Positions 13,042 to 26,900 of a DNA stretch of 64,000 bases are shown piece after piece. The stretch spans positions 14,318 to 78,317 of the forward strand of contig JAUCBJ010008014.1 of the NCBI GenBank assembly GCA_032718475.1, read 5' to 3'. The DNA comes from Nemertoderma westbladi (lineage: Eukaryota; Animalia; Xenacoelomorpha). The position numbers were made by a program, and so were the translations under genes. The notes beneath the pieces were generated by a model. It was not told where the DNA came from and made no database searches. It saw only the letters and a program-made list of their open reading frames with translations. The number at the start of each line of letters is the position of its first letter. Position 1 is the stretch's first letter.

Positions 13042-16000
13042 GTTATATTAGTGCAGAATTAGTTTCAGTTTCAGTTTAATTTGAGATATTAATTAAATTG
13101 GTTCGCACATTTTTATCCCATATTTTGTGTATTTCGTTTTTGTACCGTTATAGGGCTTATTTCTGTCAAAAAAACGTATGTTTGTTTGTCTTTCTGTATG
13201 TTTGTTGCACATCGATATTGGCTTGACATATTTTTGGTAAAGTCTGATTTCAGCGTACCCTGTCATCCGACATATGGATTATGTTATATCGTTCAATCGT
13301 TGTATGCAGTTCACCAAACTGTACAATCATATTAAAACAAACTCCAAGATCGGTTCTCGAGATATCATAAAATTATATTCAATTATAGAAGACCGTTAGG
13401 GCTTACTTGTTAAGATGTGTGCCGCTATAACTCTGTCAAACTGTATCAAACTTATCGACAACAGTTACGTAATCGATAATTTCTTGTTCTTTTGATAAAA
13501 TTGTTTGGATTTAGAAGATTTGAAGTTTGGATAAATTTGTATTCAGAATAAGTTTTATGAGAATAAGTTTTTAGAATTTTGAGTAAAAATTAAATTATTT
13601 AATTTAGCAATGAAACCGTGGCTACTAAAGTAATCTCTTTAACGATAGATCCACCACCCAACACCCCGTTAGAAGACCCAATATCGTATCGGCTGGAACT
13701 TCTAACTCCAAAAGGTAAGTAATTAGCACAAACCTTAACAAATCGGTAATTGGACTCAATCAGAACCAAAAAGGAAGGCAAAATCGGTACGTTATGTTTA
13801 AAGATATCAAAGAAATTTAAGAAAATATATGATATGGGTTTAATCTCAGAAACTTTCGGTTGTACTCATAGACTACTCAGCGGTATAGAACAGACGTGAT
13901 CCAATTACAATGTCTGTATGTTAATGTTTGTGTAAATACTACAAGTACGAAAATCCTAACTGTAAACTTAGATAACTGTAAACTTTCCTTTATTTGCTTT
14001 GTGTTCATTTGTTGGGTGGCCTTGTTTGTCACGCAGAAAACAACTGGCATCTAAAATAACTACTCTAATATACTAAATATTTTACCAAGGCTACGAAAAT
14101 CCATTGGAATCAAAGCTCTGACTATCAGATGATATATTTCCAGAGCCTCTGTTAAATATCAGCCCCTGTCGGTATGCTACAACAATACACACACAGATGT
14201 TTCATATAGCATAATATATATTGTTCACTTAGCAAACAAGGCATTGTACAACCTCTAGAACAAAATCTAATTACCAAAACCCAGCACCACCCTGCAGCTA
14301 CTACGGATGTGACCTCCCGACCACTCCCACCGTTGAACTGATGTATCCTATTGGTAGTGGCCGATATATTCGGACCTCCCGACCACTCCCACCGTTGAAC
14401 TGATGTATCCTATTGGTAGTGGCCGATATATTCGGACCTCCCGACCACTCCCACCGTTGAACTGATGTATCCTATTGGTAGTGGCCGATATATTCGGACC
14501 TCCCGACCACTCCCACCGTTGAACTGATGTATCCTATTGGTAGTGGCCGATATATTCGGACCTCCCGACCACTCCCACCGTTGAACTGATGTATCCTATT
14601 GGTAGTGGCCGATATATTCGGACCTCCCGACCACTCCCACCGTTGAACTGATGTATCCTATTGGTAGTGGCCGATATATTCGGACCTCCCGACCACTCCC
14701 ACCGTTGAACTGATGTATCCTATTGGTAGTGGCCGATATATTCGGACCTCCCGACCACTCCCACCGTTGAACTGATGTATCCTATTGGTAGTGGCCGATA
14801 TATTCGGACCTCCCGACCACTCCCACCGTTGAACTGATGTATCCTATTGGTAGTGGCCGATATATTCGGACCTCCCGACCACTCCCACCGTTGAACTGAT
14901 GTATCCTATTGGTAGTGGCCGATATATTCGGACCTCCCGACCACTCCCACCGTTGAACTGATGTATCCTATTGGTAGTGGCCGATATATTCGGACCTCCC
15001 GACCACTCCCACCGTTGAACTGATGTATCCTATTGGTAGTGGCCGATATATTCGGACCTCCCGACCACTCCCACCGTTGAACTGATGTATCCTATTGGTA
15101 GTGGCCGATATATTCGGACCTCCCGACCACTCCCACCGTTGAACTGATGTATCCTATTGGTAGTGGCCGATATATTCGGACCTCCCGACCACTCCCACCG
15201 TTGAACTGATGTATCCTATTGGTAGTGGCCGATATATTCGGACCTCCCGACCACTCCCACCGTTGAACTGATGTATCCTATTGGTAGTGGCCGATATATT
15301 CGGACCTCCCGACCACTCCCACCGTTGAACTGATGTATCCTATTGGTAGTGGCCGATATATTCGGACCTCCCGACCACTCCCACCGTTGAACTGATGTAT
15401 CCTATTGGTAGTGGCCGATATATTCGGACCTCCCGACCACTCCCACCGTTGAACTGATGTATCCTATTGGTAGTGGCCGATATATTCGGACCTCCCGACC
15501 ACTCCCACCGTTGAACTGATGTATCCTATTGGTAGTGGCCGATATATTCGGACCTCCCGACCACTCCCACCGTTGAACTGATGTATCCTATTGGTAGTGG
15601 CCGATATATTCGGACCTCCCGACCACTCCCACCGTTGAACTGATGTATCCTATTGGTAGTGGCCGATATATTCGGACCTCCCGACCACTCCCACCGTTGA
15701 ACTGATGTATCCTATTGGTAGTGGCCGATATATTCGGACCTCCCGACCACTCCCACCGTTGAACTGATGTATCCTATTGGTAGTGGCCGATATATTCGGA
15801 CCTCCCGACCACTCCCACCGTTGAACTGATGTATCCTATTGGTAGTGGCCGATATATTCGGACCTCCCGACCACTCCCACCGTTGAACTGATGTATCCTA
15901 TTGGTAGTGGCCGATATATTCGGACCTCCCGACCACTCCCACCGTTGAACTGATGTATCCTATTGGTAGTGGCCGATATATTCGGACCTCCCGACCACTC

Positions 16001-19000
16001 CCACCGTTGAACTGATGTATCCTATTGGTAGTGGCCGATATATTCGGACCTCCCGACCACTCCCACCGTTGAACTGATGTATCCTATTGGTAGTGGCCGA
16101 TATATTCGGACCTCCCGACCACTCCCACCGTTGAACTGATGTATCCTATTGGTAGTGGCCGATATATTCGGACCTCCCGACCACTCCCACCGTTGAACTG
16201 ATGTATCCTATTGGTAGTGGCCGATATATTCGGACCTCCCGACCACTCCCACCGTTGAACTGATGTATCCTATTGGTAGTGGCCGATATATTCGGACCTC
16301 CCGACCACTCCCACCGTTGAACTGATGTATCCTATTGGTAGTGGCCGATATATTCGGACCTCCCGACCACTCCCACCGTTGAACTGATGTATCCTATTGG
16401 TAGTGGCCGATATATTCGGACCTCCCGACCACTCCCACCGTTGAACTGATGTATCCTATTGGTAGTGGCCGATATATTCGGACCTCCCGACCACTCCCAC
16501 CGTTGAACTGATGTATCCTATTGGTAGTGGCCGATATATTCGGACCTCCCGACCACTCCCACCGTTGAACTGATGTATCCTATTGGTAGTGGCCGATATA
16601 TTCGGACCTCCCGACCACTCCCACCGTTGAACTGATGTATCCTATTGGTAGTGGCCGATATATTCGGACCTCCCGACCACTCCCACCGTTGAACTGATGT
16701 ATCCTATTGGTAGTGGCCGATATATTCGGACCTCCCGACCACTCCCACCGTTGAACTGATGTATCCTATTGGTAGTGGCCGATATATTCGGACCTCCCGA
16801 CCACTCCCACCGTTGAACTGATGTATCCTATTGGTAGTGGCCGATATATTCGGACCTCCCGACCACTCCCACCGTTGAACTGATGTATCCTATTGGTAGT
16901 GGCCGATATATTCGGACCTCCCGACCACTCCCACCGTTGAACTGATGTATCCTATTGGTAGTGGCCGATATATTCGGACCTCCCGACCACTCCCACCGTT
17001 GAACTGATGTATCCTATTGGTAGTGGCCGATATATTCGGACCTCCCGACCACTCCCACCGTTGAACTGATGTATCCTATTGGTAGTGGCCGATATATTCG
17101 GACCTCCCGACCACTCCCACCGTTGAACTGATGTATCCTATTGGTAGTGGCCGATATATTCGGACCTCCCGACCACTCCCACCGTTGAACTGATGTATCC
17201 TATTGGTAGTGGCCGATATATTCGGACCTCCCGACCACTCCCACCGTTGAACTGATGTATCCTATTGGTAGTGGCCGATATATTCGGACCTCCCGACCAC
17301 TCCCACCGTTGAACTGATGTATCCTATTGGTAGTGGCCGATATATTCGGACCTCCCGACCACTCCCACCGTTGAACTGATGTATCCTATTGGTAGTGGCC
17401 GATATATTCGGACCTCCCGACCACTCCCACCGTTGAACTGATGTATCCTATTGGTAGTGGCCGATATATTCGGACCTCCCGACCACTCCCACCGTTGAAC
17501 TGATGTATCCTATTGGTAGTGGCCGATATATTCGGACCTCCCGACCACTCCCACCGTTGAACTGATGTATCCTATTGGTAGTGGCCGATATATTCGGACC
17601 TCCCGACCACTCCCACCGTTGAACTGATGTATCCTATTGGTAGTGGCCGATATATTCGGACCTCCCGACCACTCCCACCGTTGAACTGATGTATCCTATT
17701 GGTAGTGGCCGATATATTCGGACCTCCCGACCACTCCCACCGTTGAACTGATGTATCCTATTGGTAGTGGCCGATATATTCGGACCTCCCGACCACTCCC
17801 ACCGTTGAACTGATGTATCCTATTGGTAGTGGCCGATATATTCGGACCTCCCGACCACTCCCACCGTTGAACTGATGTATCCTATTGGTAGTGGCCGATA
17901 TATTCGGACCTCCCGACCACTCCCACCGTTGAACTGATGTATCCTATTGGTAGTGGCCGATATATTCGGACCTCCCGACCACTCCCACCGTTGAACTGAT
18001 GTATCCTATTGGTAGTGGCCGATATATTCGGACCTCCCGACCACTCCCACCGTTGAACTGATGTATCCTATTGGTAGTGGCCGATATATTCGGACCTCCC
18101 GACCACTCCCACCGTTGAACTGATGTATCCTATTGGTAGTGGCCGATATATTCGGACCTCCCGACCACTCCCACCGTTGAACTGATGTATCCTATTGGTA
18201 GTGGCCGATATATTCGGACCTCCCGACCACTCCCACCGTTGAACTGATGTATCCTATTGGTAGTGGCCGATATATTCGGACCTCCCGACCACTCCCACCG
18301 TTGAACTGATGTATCCTATTGGTAGTGGCCGATATATTCGGACCTCCCGACCACTCCCACCGTTGAACTGATGTATCCTATTGGTAGTGGCCGATATATT
18401 CGGACCTCCCGACCACTCCCACCGTTGAACTGATGTATCCTATTGGTAGTGGCCGATATATTCGGACCTCCCGACCACTCCCACCGTTGAACTGATGTAT
18501 CCTATTGGTAGTGGCCGATATATTCGGACCTCCCGACCACTCCCACCGTTGAACTGATGTATCCTATTGGTAGTGGCCGATATATTCGGACCTCCCGACC
18601 ACTCCCACCGTTGAACTGATGTATCCTATTGGTAGTGGCCGATATATTCGGACCTCCCGACCACTCCCACCGTTGAACTGATGTATCCTATTGGTAGTGG
18701 CCGATATATTCGGACCTCCCGACCACTCCCACCGTTGAACTGATGTATCCTATTGGTAGTGGCCGATATATTCGGACCTCCCGACCACTCCCACCGTTGA
18801 ACTGATGTATCCTATTGGTAGTGGCCGATATATTCGGACCTCCCGACCACTCCCACCGTTGAACTGATGTATCCTATTGGTAGTGGCCGATATATTCGGA
18901 CCTCCCGACCACTCCCACCGTTGAACTGATGTATCCTATTGGTAGTGGCCGATATATTCGGACCTCCCGACCACTCCCACCGTTGAACTGATGTATCCTA

Positions 19001-22000
19001 TTGGTAGTGGCCGATATATTCGGACCTCCCGACCACTCCCACCGTTGAACTGATGTATCCTATTGGTAGTGGCCGATATATTCGGACCTCCCGACCACTC
19101 CCACCGTTGAACTGATGTATCCTATTGGTAGTGGCCGATATATTCGGACCTCCCGACCACTCCCACCGTTGAACTGATGTATCCTATTGGTAGTGGCCGA
19201 TATATTCGGACCTCCCGACCACTCCCACCGTTGAACTGATGTATCCTATTGGTAGTGGCCGATATATTCGGACCTCCCGACCACTCCCACCGTTGAACTG
19301 ATGTATCCTATTGGTAGTGGCCGATATATTCGGACCTCCCGACCACTCCCACCGTTGAACTGATGTATCCTATTGGTAGTGGCCGATATATTCGGACCTC
19401 CCGACCACTCCCACCGTTGAACTGATGTATCCTATTGGTAGTGGCCGATATATTCGGACCTCCCGACCACTCCCACCGTTGAACTGATGTATCCTATTGG
19501 TAGTGGCCGATATATTCGGACCTCCCGACCACTCCCACCGTTGAACTGATGTATCCTATTGGTAGTGGCCGATATATTCGGACCTCCCGACCACTCCCAC
19601 CGTTGAACTGATGTATCCTATTGGTAGTGGCCGATATATTCGGACCTCCCGACCACTCCCACCGTTGAACTGATGTATCCTATTGGTAGTGGCCGATATA
19701 TTCGGACCTCCCGACCACTCCCACCGTTGAACTGATGTATCCTATTGGTAGTGGCCGATATATTCGGACCTCCCGACCACTCCCACCGTTGAACTGATGT
19801 ATCCTATTGGTAGTGGCCGATATATTCGGACCTCCCGACCACTCCCACCGTTGAACTGATGTATCCTATTGGTAGTGGCCGATATATTCGGACCTCCCGA
19901 CCACTCCCACCGTTGAACTGATGTATCCTATTGGTAGTGGCCGATATATTCGGACCTCCCGACCACTCCCACCGTTGAACTGATGTATCCTATTGGTAGT
20001 GGCCGATATATTCGGACCTCCCGACCACTCCCACCGTTGAACTGATGTATCCTATTGGTAGTGGCCGATATATTCGGACCTCCCGACCACTCCCACCGTT
20101 GAACTGATGTATCCTATTGGTAGTGGCCGATATATTCGGACCTCCCGACCACTCCCACCGTTGAACTGATGTATCCTATTGGTAGTGGCCGATATATTCG
20201 GACCTCCCGACCACTCCCACCGTTGAACTGATGTATCCTATTGGTAGTGGCCGATATATTCGGACCTCCCGACCACTCCCACCGTTGAACTGATGTATCC
20301 TATTGGTAGTGGCCGATATATTCGGACCTCCCGACCACTCCCACCGTTGAACTGATGTATCCTATTGGTAGTGGCCGATATATTCGGACCTCCCGACCAC
20401 TCCCACCGTTGAACTGATGTATCCTATTGGTAGTGGCCGATATATTCGGACCTCCCGACCACTCCCACCGTTGAACTGATGTATCCTATTGGTAGTGGCC
20501 GATATATTCGGACCTCCCGACCACTCCCACCGTTGAACTGATGTATCCTATTGGTAGTGGCCGATATATTCGGACCTCCCGACCACTCCCACCGTTGAAC
20601 TGATGTATCCTATTGGTAGTGGCCGATATATTCGGACCTCCCGACCACTCCCACCGTTGAACTGATGTATCCTATTGGTAGTGGCCGATATATTCGGACC
20701 TCCCGACCACTCCCACCGTTGAACTGATGTATCCTATTGGTAGTGGCCGATATATTCGGACCTCCCGACCACTCCCACCGTTGAACTGATGTATCCTATT
20801 GGTAGTGGCCGATATATTCGGACCTCCCGACCACTCCCACCGTTGAACTGATGTATCCTATTGGTAGTGGCCGATATATTCGGACCTCCCGACCACTCCC
20901 ACCGTTGAACTGATGTATCCTATTGGTAGTGGCCGATATATTCGGACCTCCCGACCACTCCCACCGTTGAACTGATGTATCCTATTGGTAGTGGCCGATA
21001 TATTCGGACCTCCCGACCACTCCCACCGTTGAACTGATGTATCCTATTGGTAGTGGCCGATATATTCGGACCTCCCGACCACTCCCACCGTTGAACTGAT
21101 GTATCCTATTGGTAGTGGCCGATATATTCGGACCTCCCGACCACTCCCACCGTTGAACTGATGTATCCTATTGGTAGTGGCCGATATATTCGGACCTCCC
21201 GACCACTCCCACCGTTGAACTGATGTATCCATGTTAAATTTCGACCAAAACATCTTATTAAATTGAATTTGTAATATTTTAGAACAATAAATTAATTGTT
21301 TTAGAGAGCGACCAGACACCAATGTGTGTCTACTGGGACCCCAGTAACTCCTCTTGGTCACCCAAAGGTCTCCAGTTGCTAAGCAACACCACGGAATTAG
21401 TAGACTGCCAGTCCGACCATTTAACTAACTTCGCTGTTCTTATGGTACCAGTTGCTTATGAGGTAAGTTGATTGTTATTTTTAATAAACCTTTATTTATA
21501 TTTATATATATTATACTTATATATTATATATAACTTTATATATTGTACCCTCAGGGTAGAGAGACTTATAATTAACTAAATTATATAAGATATAAGTGCC
21601 TACTACAGTAATTAAGCATTAAACCAACAGAGTATTATTTGAGTACAACACTGCCCACAACACATAACCGCTAAATAATTAAAATAAAAACAAATCACAT
21701 AAAACCGGTAAATAATTAAAATAAAAACAAATCACATAAAACCGCTAAATAATTAAAATAAAACATTACCATTTTGTATGTATTTTATTGTCTTAATATA
21801 AATATTATTCTTTAAGAAAATATAAATTTAATAGTAATTTGCAAATGTTAACATGTAACATAAACTAACGTTAAAAGGGTAAATTGGTTTGCTGAATAGA
21901 ACGGAAGTTGTTAAACTATCTGGTTGTTTAACTACAATAAACTATGGAGTATTATTATTGACTAACAATTAAGAGTCTCTATAACTTATACATCAATTGT

Positions 22001-23902
22001 GTTATAATTTTCTTTAATTCTATTCTTTGCAAGCCTTTCCTTGGATATGTTACGATCTCGGTTTTTTGAATAAATATTAAAAAAAGTTCCCATACAGATA
22101 ATTATCATACCTACACCACTAACAGACATAGTACCGATACCCATAGGGAATAAATAATTATTTGTAGTATCATACACAGAACCTATTATAAACCCGACAG
22201 ATGACATTAAATGGATAATAAAAATGATTACCATAATTGTTAATACTGTCCTCTGCTTAGGAGTCAACTTTGTGCCAATGGTTGTAACACCCGCGTTTTC
22301 AACGGCCTCTGCGAACCCGAGACATGTAGCGACCTCCATGACCCATTCCTGGCAATTCCGGTTTATGAGTCTGTATAATCTTCCGTTCACATCGTTATTC
22401 ATAACAGCATCCCGCACTTGGTCGAGAGTAACCTTTATTTCCACGATCTTTATAGCATCGTCAGGGATTTTATCTGTTCCTTGACCGAGTTCATTCCAGA
22501 ATGCTTTTATTCTGAAGCCGGATTTCCCCAGTTCCGCACGGATAACTTCCTTAGAATCGTGGCAGTAGATAATGAGGGCCCAATGGGTGAGTGGTGTTGG
22601 TTCCTTCATTAGTTGTGCGTTCAATTGGTCTGCAGGTTTAGATGGCCTGGAGCTTCTAGTTGATTTGATGGTGGCGTCCAGGACTTTTCCGGTAATGTAA
22701 AACGACTTGATCTGCATTTGATCAGATAGTTTTTCCACCACTATCTGTGTTTCCACCTCAGCATTAGCCATAGTGCATTACTTGCATAAGACGTATGAGT
22801 TTTACAGTATTAAGGTCCCCACAAATGCTGTAAGCATGGGAGCTCTTCCCATCTTATTAAACAAATACTTGGTGTGTTACAGATTAGATGGTGTATTTAT
22901 ATTATACTATACCATGCAGTACATTAAATTTTATTATTTCATAGAAATTAATGTTTTTTTTCTTCAATCAATCTACAATATGCAAAAATCTTGATAATTA
23001 TCATATTTATATAGAAATAGTACGAAGTACACTTCCGTTTTTAAATAAACAAAGCCAAACTTACACTACCTACTACCGCAATGCAGCATTATTACATCAT
23101 AATCTATTTTTATTGATTAATAATATCCATTTAATAATATAGCCGGCATAGCATTCTTAATGCACGACGCTGCATCACAGCAAACCAATTTATTGTAGAT
23201 TGTATGGTGGTAGCACAACCTACCAACATCTACCAACACAATTATTTGTTAGCCTACTCCAGTAAGCATGTGCAGCGGCAATGCAGCAGGCCTATTATAG
23301 TAGTATTAGTAATATAGATAGATAGATATATATATAGAAGATATATAGGAAAAGTATTTTATGCTCCCGAAACATAATTTAACGTCTTATGGTAGATCTA
23401 TCTATTAATATTTGATTCCTAGAGGTGAAATTTTGAGATTTATTTTTAATGAAATCATATATTTTTGGCTCTAAAGGCACATTGGAAAACAATCTTTTGT
23501 CGCCCATAAAAGCCACCTGTGGTCTATTAGTGCCACCTGTGTGGTCCATAAACGCCACCTGTGGTCCATAACGCCCCATAAACGCCATCTATAGTCCATA
23601 AACGCCACCTGTGGTCCAAAATCGTGCTACCTATGGTCCATAAACGCCACCTGTAGTCCATAAACGCCACATGTGGTCGATAAACGCCACCTGTGGTCCA
23701 TTAACGACACCTATTGTCCATAAACGCCACATGTTATATTATTATTATATTATTATATTTATTATATTATTATATTTCATTCTCCTACTGCATAGTACAT
23801 AGATACTTTAACAAACAAGAACCATAATAAAAATAAATCAACATAAAGCCCCACCCTTGCTGATAGCAGAGCTAGTGCTGCGACGGTGGACACTTTTTAC
23901 AG

Positions 23903-23933
<31 letters not shown>

Positions 23934-26900
23934 GTGCTATTTGCTTATAATTTTGAATAATTTAGAAATATATTGTAAAACTTAAATCTTAAGTAACCAT
24001 ATATTTTTCACCTCGGGTAATAAAGAGCAAGAGACAATATTAAAGAAAGAAAATAAAAATTGTTGAAACAAACAGAGAATAACCATTACAAGAGAAGAAA
24101 GTGGTGGAAGATCGAAATATAAGAACGAACAGTTAGTAGGTATAAAAAATGTGACTAAGAGGATATTCAAATGTTTATTAGGAAAATATTTTAGACCGAG
24201 CTGTTATCATTGTAATAAATTGGAAAAAATTGACCTTTTTAGAGCAGATGAAAATTTGTTTTTTGATTTTTTTGAACGAATGTCGAGTGGCACCGAGTTC
24301 CAAATGACAGGACCTCGAAAACTCAGGGATCGTTGGGAAGAGCTAAGATTAAAAAGAGGAGTTGTGAAGTCGCCACGAACAGAAGATGTGGTCCATAAAC
24401 GCCACACGTCATCCATAAACGCCACACGTGGTCCATAAACGCCACACGTGGTCCATATACGCCACACGTGGTCCATAAACTCCAGAAAGACCAAAATGTT
24501 GACAGTTAACTTTGAAAGTCCTCAGCAAGTCTCTGATCGGATGAGCATAAGCTCAAAGGATGGTATGCTTGAGCATGTGGATGACTTCTGTTACCTGGGA
24601 TCATGGATCCGGAAGTCAGGTGAGGACCTCCGAATACGTAAGGGAAAGGCATGGGCAGCCTTGAATAGGCTTTCCAGGATTTGGAAGTCACCGAGAATTA
24701 ATCGGAAACTTAAGGTCCGATTATTTAGAGCAGCAGTAGTTCCAGTACTCCTCTATGGGAGTCCATGCTGGGCTCTAACTGCTGAGGACACCAAATCTCT
24801 GGCCGGCACATTCACAAGAAAGCTAGGCCGGGTTCATTGTGTCAAGTACAATGCACACATCTCCAACCAGACACTATATAACAATGGAGGTGTCTCATTG
24901 GTTCCCCCAAGCTTGACACTAGAACAAAATCGCCTCCGCTTTGCAGGACATTGCTTTCGCCGTGAGGACCCGCCAGTGCATAATCTTGTACTTTGGCAGC
25001 CTCATGGAGTGAATAAGCATGGTGGACAGCCCATGACTTTCTTGAGACGCATCTTAAAGGACACTGGCCTTGAAGATGCGGATGATGTAGCAAATGTCAT
25101 GGGTGATAGGGAGTTGTGGCGGCGCAATTTTGTCGACAAGCCGGCACAGCATTCTTAAAAATGCAGCTGCAATGCAGCATGCCGATACTAGTAGTAGTGG
25201 TCCATAAACGCCACCTCTGGTCCATAAATTTTCAATTTAGGGAAAGGAGCAGGTTACAGTGGCATGTTAATTTAACCAAAACAATAAACTAAACACAATA
25301 GAACAGGTTACAGTTTTATATTTGAGTATAATCAGCTGTTATTTGCGTCTAATTTCCCTGGAGAGGATGAATTATTCTTATAATTAATTATTTATTGCGT
25401 CCAGTCAGTCCCCCCCCCCCCCCCCCCCTCCTATCTGGGTAAATAACAACAACAACATGAACTAAAAAAAGTAAAAGTAAATCCTATGAAAGTAGATCCG
25501 GAAAAGTAAATCCTATGAAAGTAGATCCGGAAAAGTAAATCCTATGAAAGTAGATCCGGAAAAGTAAATCCTATGAATTTCTATGGGAGTATTTTTCTTC
25601 CGCCAGGAAAAAAGTGTTGTCTTACAATACACCTAAAGACTTTGTTTGATAGAAGGCAATTCTCAGAATAAATGCTTTCATTCATTAAACTTCGATCAGC
25701 CAGCCCCATTAGCTTACAGTTCCTTATGAACTACTGCATTATTATATAATCTATTTTTTATACTTTTACAGCTGTCTAACCCGCACGAATTTATCCTTCG
25801 AGTCCTTGGTTTAATTGGAGGAAGTCTGTCGCTGATTGGGCTGGTGCTCACAATTATTACGTATTTACTAGTATGGAGGTTTGTTACCAATACAACTACT
25901 ACTAAGGAACTAGTGGTGCAGCATACGTTGAGGTGTGTCTGATACCTTCTGATACTAACTACTCTACTGTTGTCGTTGGTATTGCGATTACGTTTAAAAA
26001 TTGCGAATCTATACAATTTTCCCTATCTGTATTTCCTTTATATTGTGTGTGTGGCGGAAGGTGGAAGGTGGAAGGTGGAAGGTTTCCATTGCCTAAAGAT
26101 ATTTCTACAGTAGTATTTCTTACAGCACAATATTCCGTATATATAATAACTTATAACTCTTAGGAGGAATTCTTACATTGGGATCCGAGAACCTCTTTCT
26201 ATTGTTCTCCTACATCTTGTAGACTCCAACTTCACTAGCATCGCTTGTTACATCTGACTCCCTCACCTCACTCATCATGTTGTTCTACTATTGTCTGTTT
26301 ATTTTAGATTACTATCGTTTGAACGTAGCTTTGTTCTACTATTGTCTGTTTATTTTAGATTACTATCGTTTGAACGTAGCTTTGTTCTACTATTGTCTGT
26401 TTATTTTAGATTACTATCGTTTGAACGTAGCTTTGTTCTACTATTGTCTGTTTATTTTAGATTACTATCGTTTGAACGTAGCTTTGTTCTACTATTGTCT
26501 GTTTATTTTAGATTACTATCGTTTGAACGTAGCTTTGTTCTACTATTGTCTGTTTATTTTAGATTACTATCGTTTGAACGTAGCTTTGTTCTACTATTGT
26601 CTGTTTATTTTAGATTACTATCGTTTGAACGTAGCTTTGTTCTACTATTGTCTGTTTATTTTAGATTACTATCGTTTGAACGTAGCTTTGTTCTAATATT
26701 GTCTGTTTATTTTAGATTACTATCGTTTGAACGTAGCTTTGTTCTACTATTGTCTGTTTATTTTAGATTACTATCGTTTGAACGTAGCTTTGTTCTAATA
26801 TTGTCTGTTATTTTAGATTACTATTGTTTGAACGTAGCTTTGTTCTACTATTGTCTGTTTATTTTAGATTACTATCGTTTGAACGTAGCTTTGTTCTACT

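Larger units (their letters stand above)
23500..25230. repeat. About 20-bp minisatellite (gtggtccataaacgccacct) split by two LINE insertions
   Basis: Blocks at about 23500-23733, 24388-24480 and 25197-25228. Confidence 0.8.

Noticed and set aside
14144-14340. Extra aGPCR exons before the 62-bp array
   Set aside because: 13714 joins 21305 in phase and yields a complete GAIN-GPS; candidate frames here have no family motifs.
1-21230. CRISPR-like arrays
   Set aside because: Units are head-to-tail with no unique spacers, there are no cas genes, and the context is eukaryotic.
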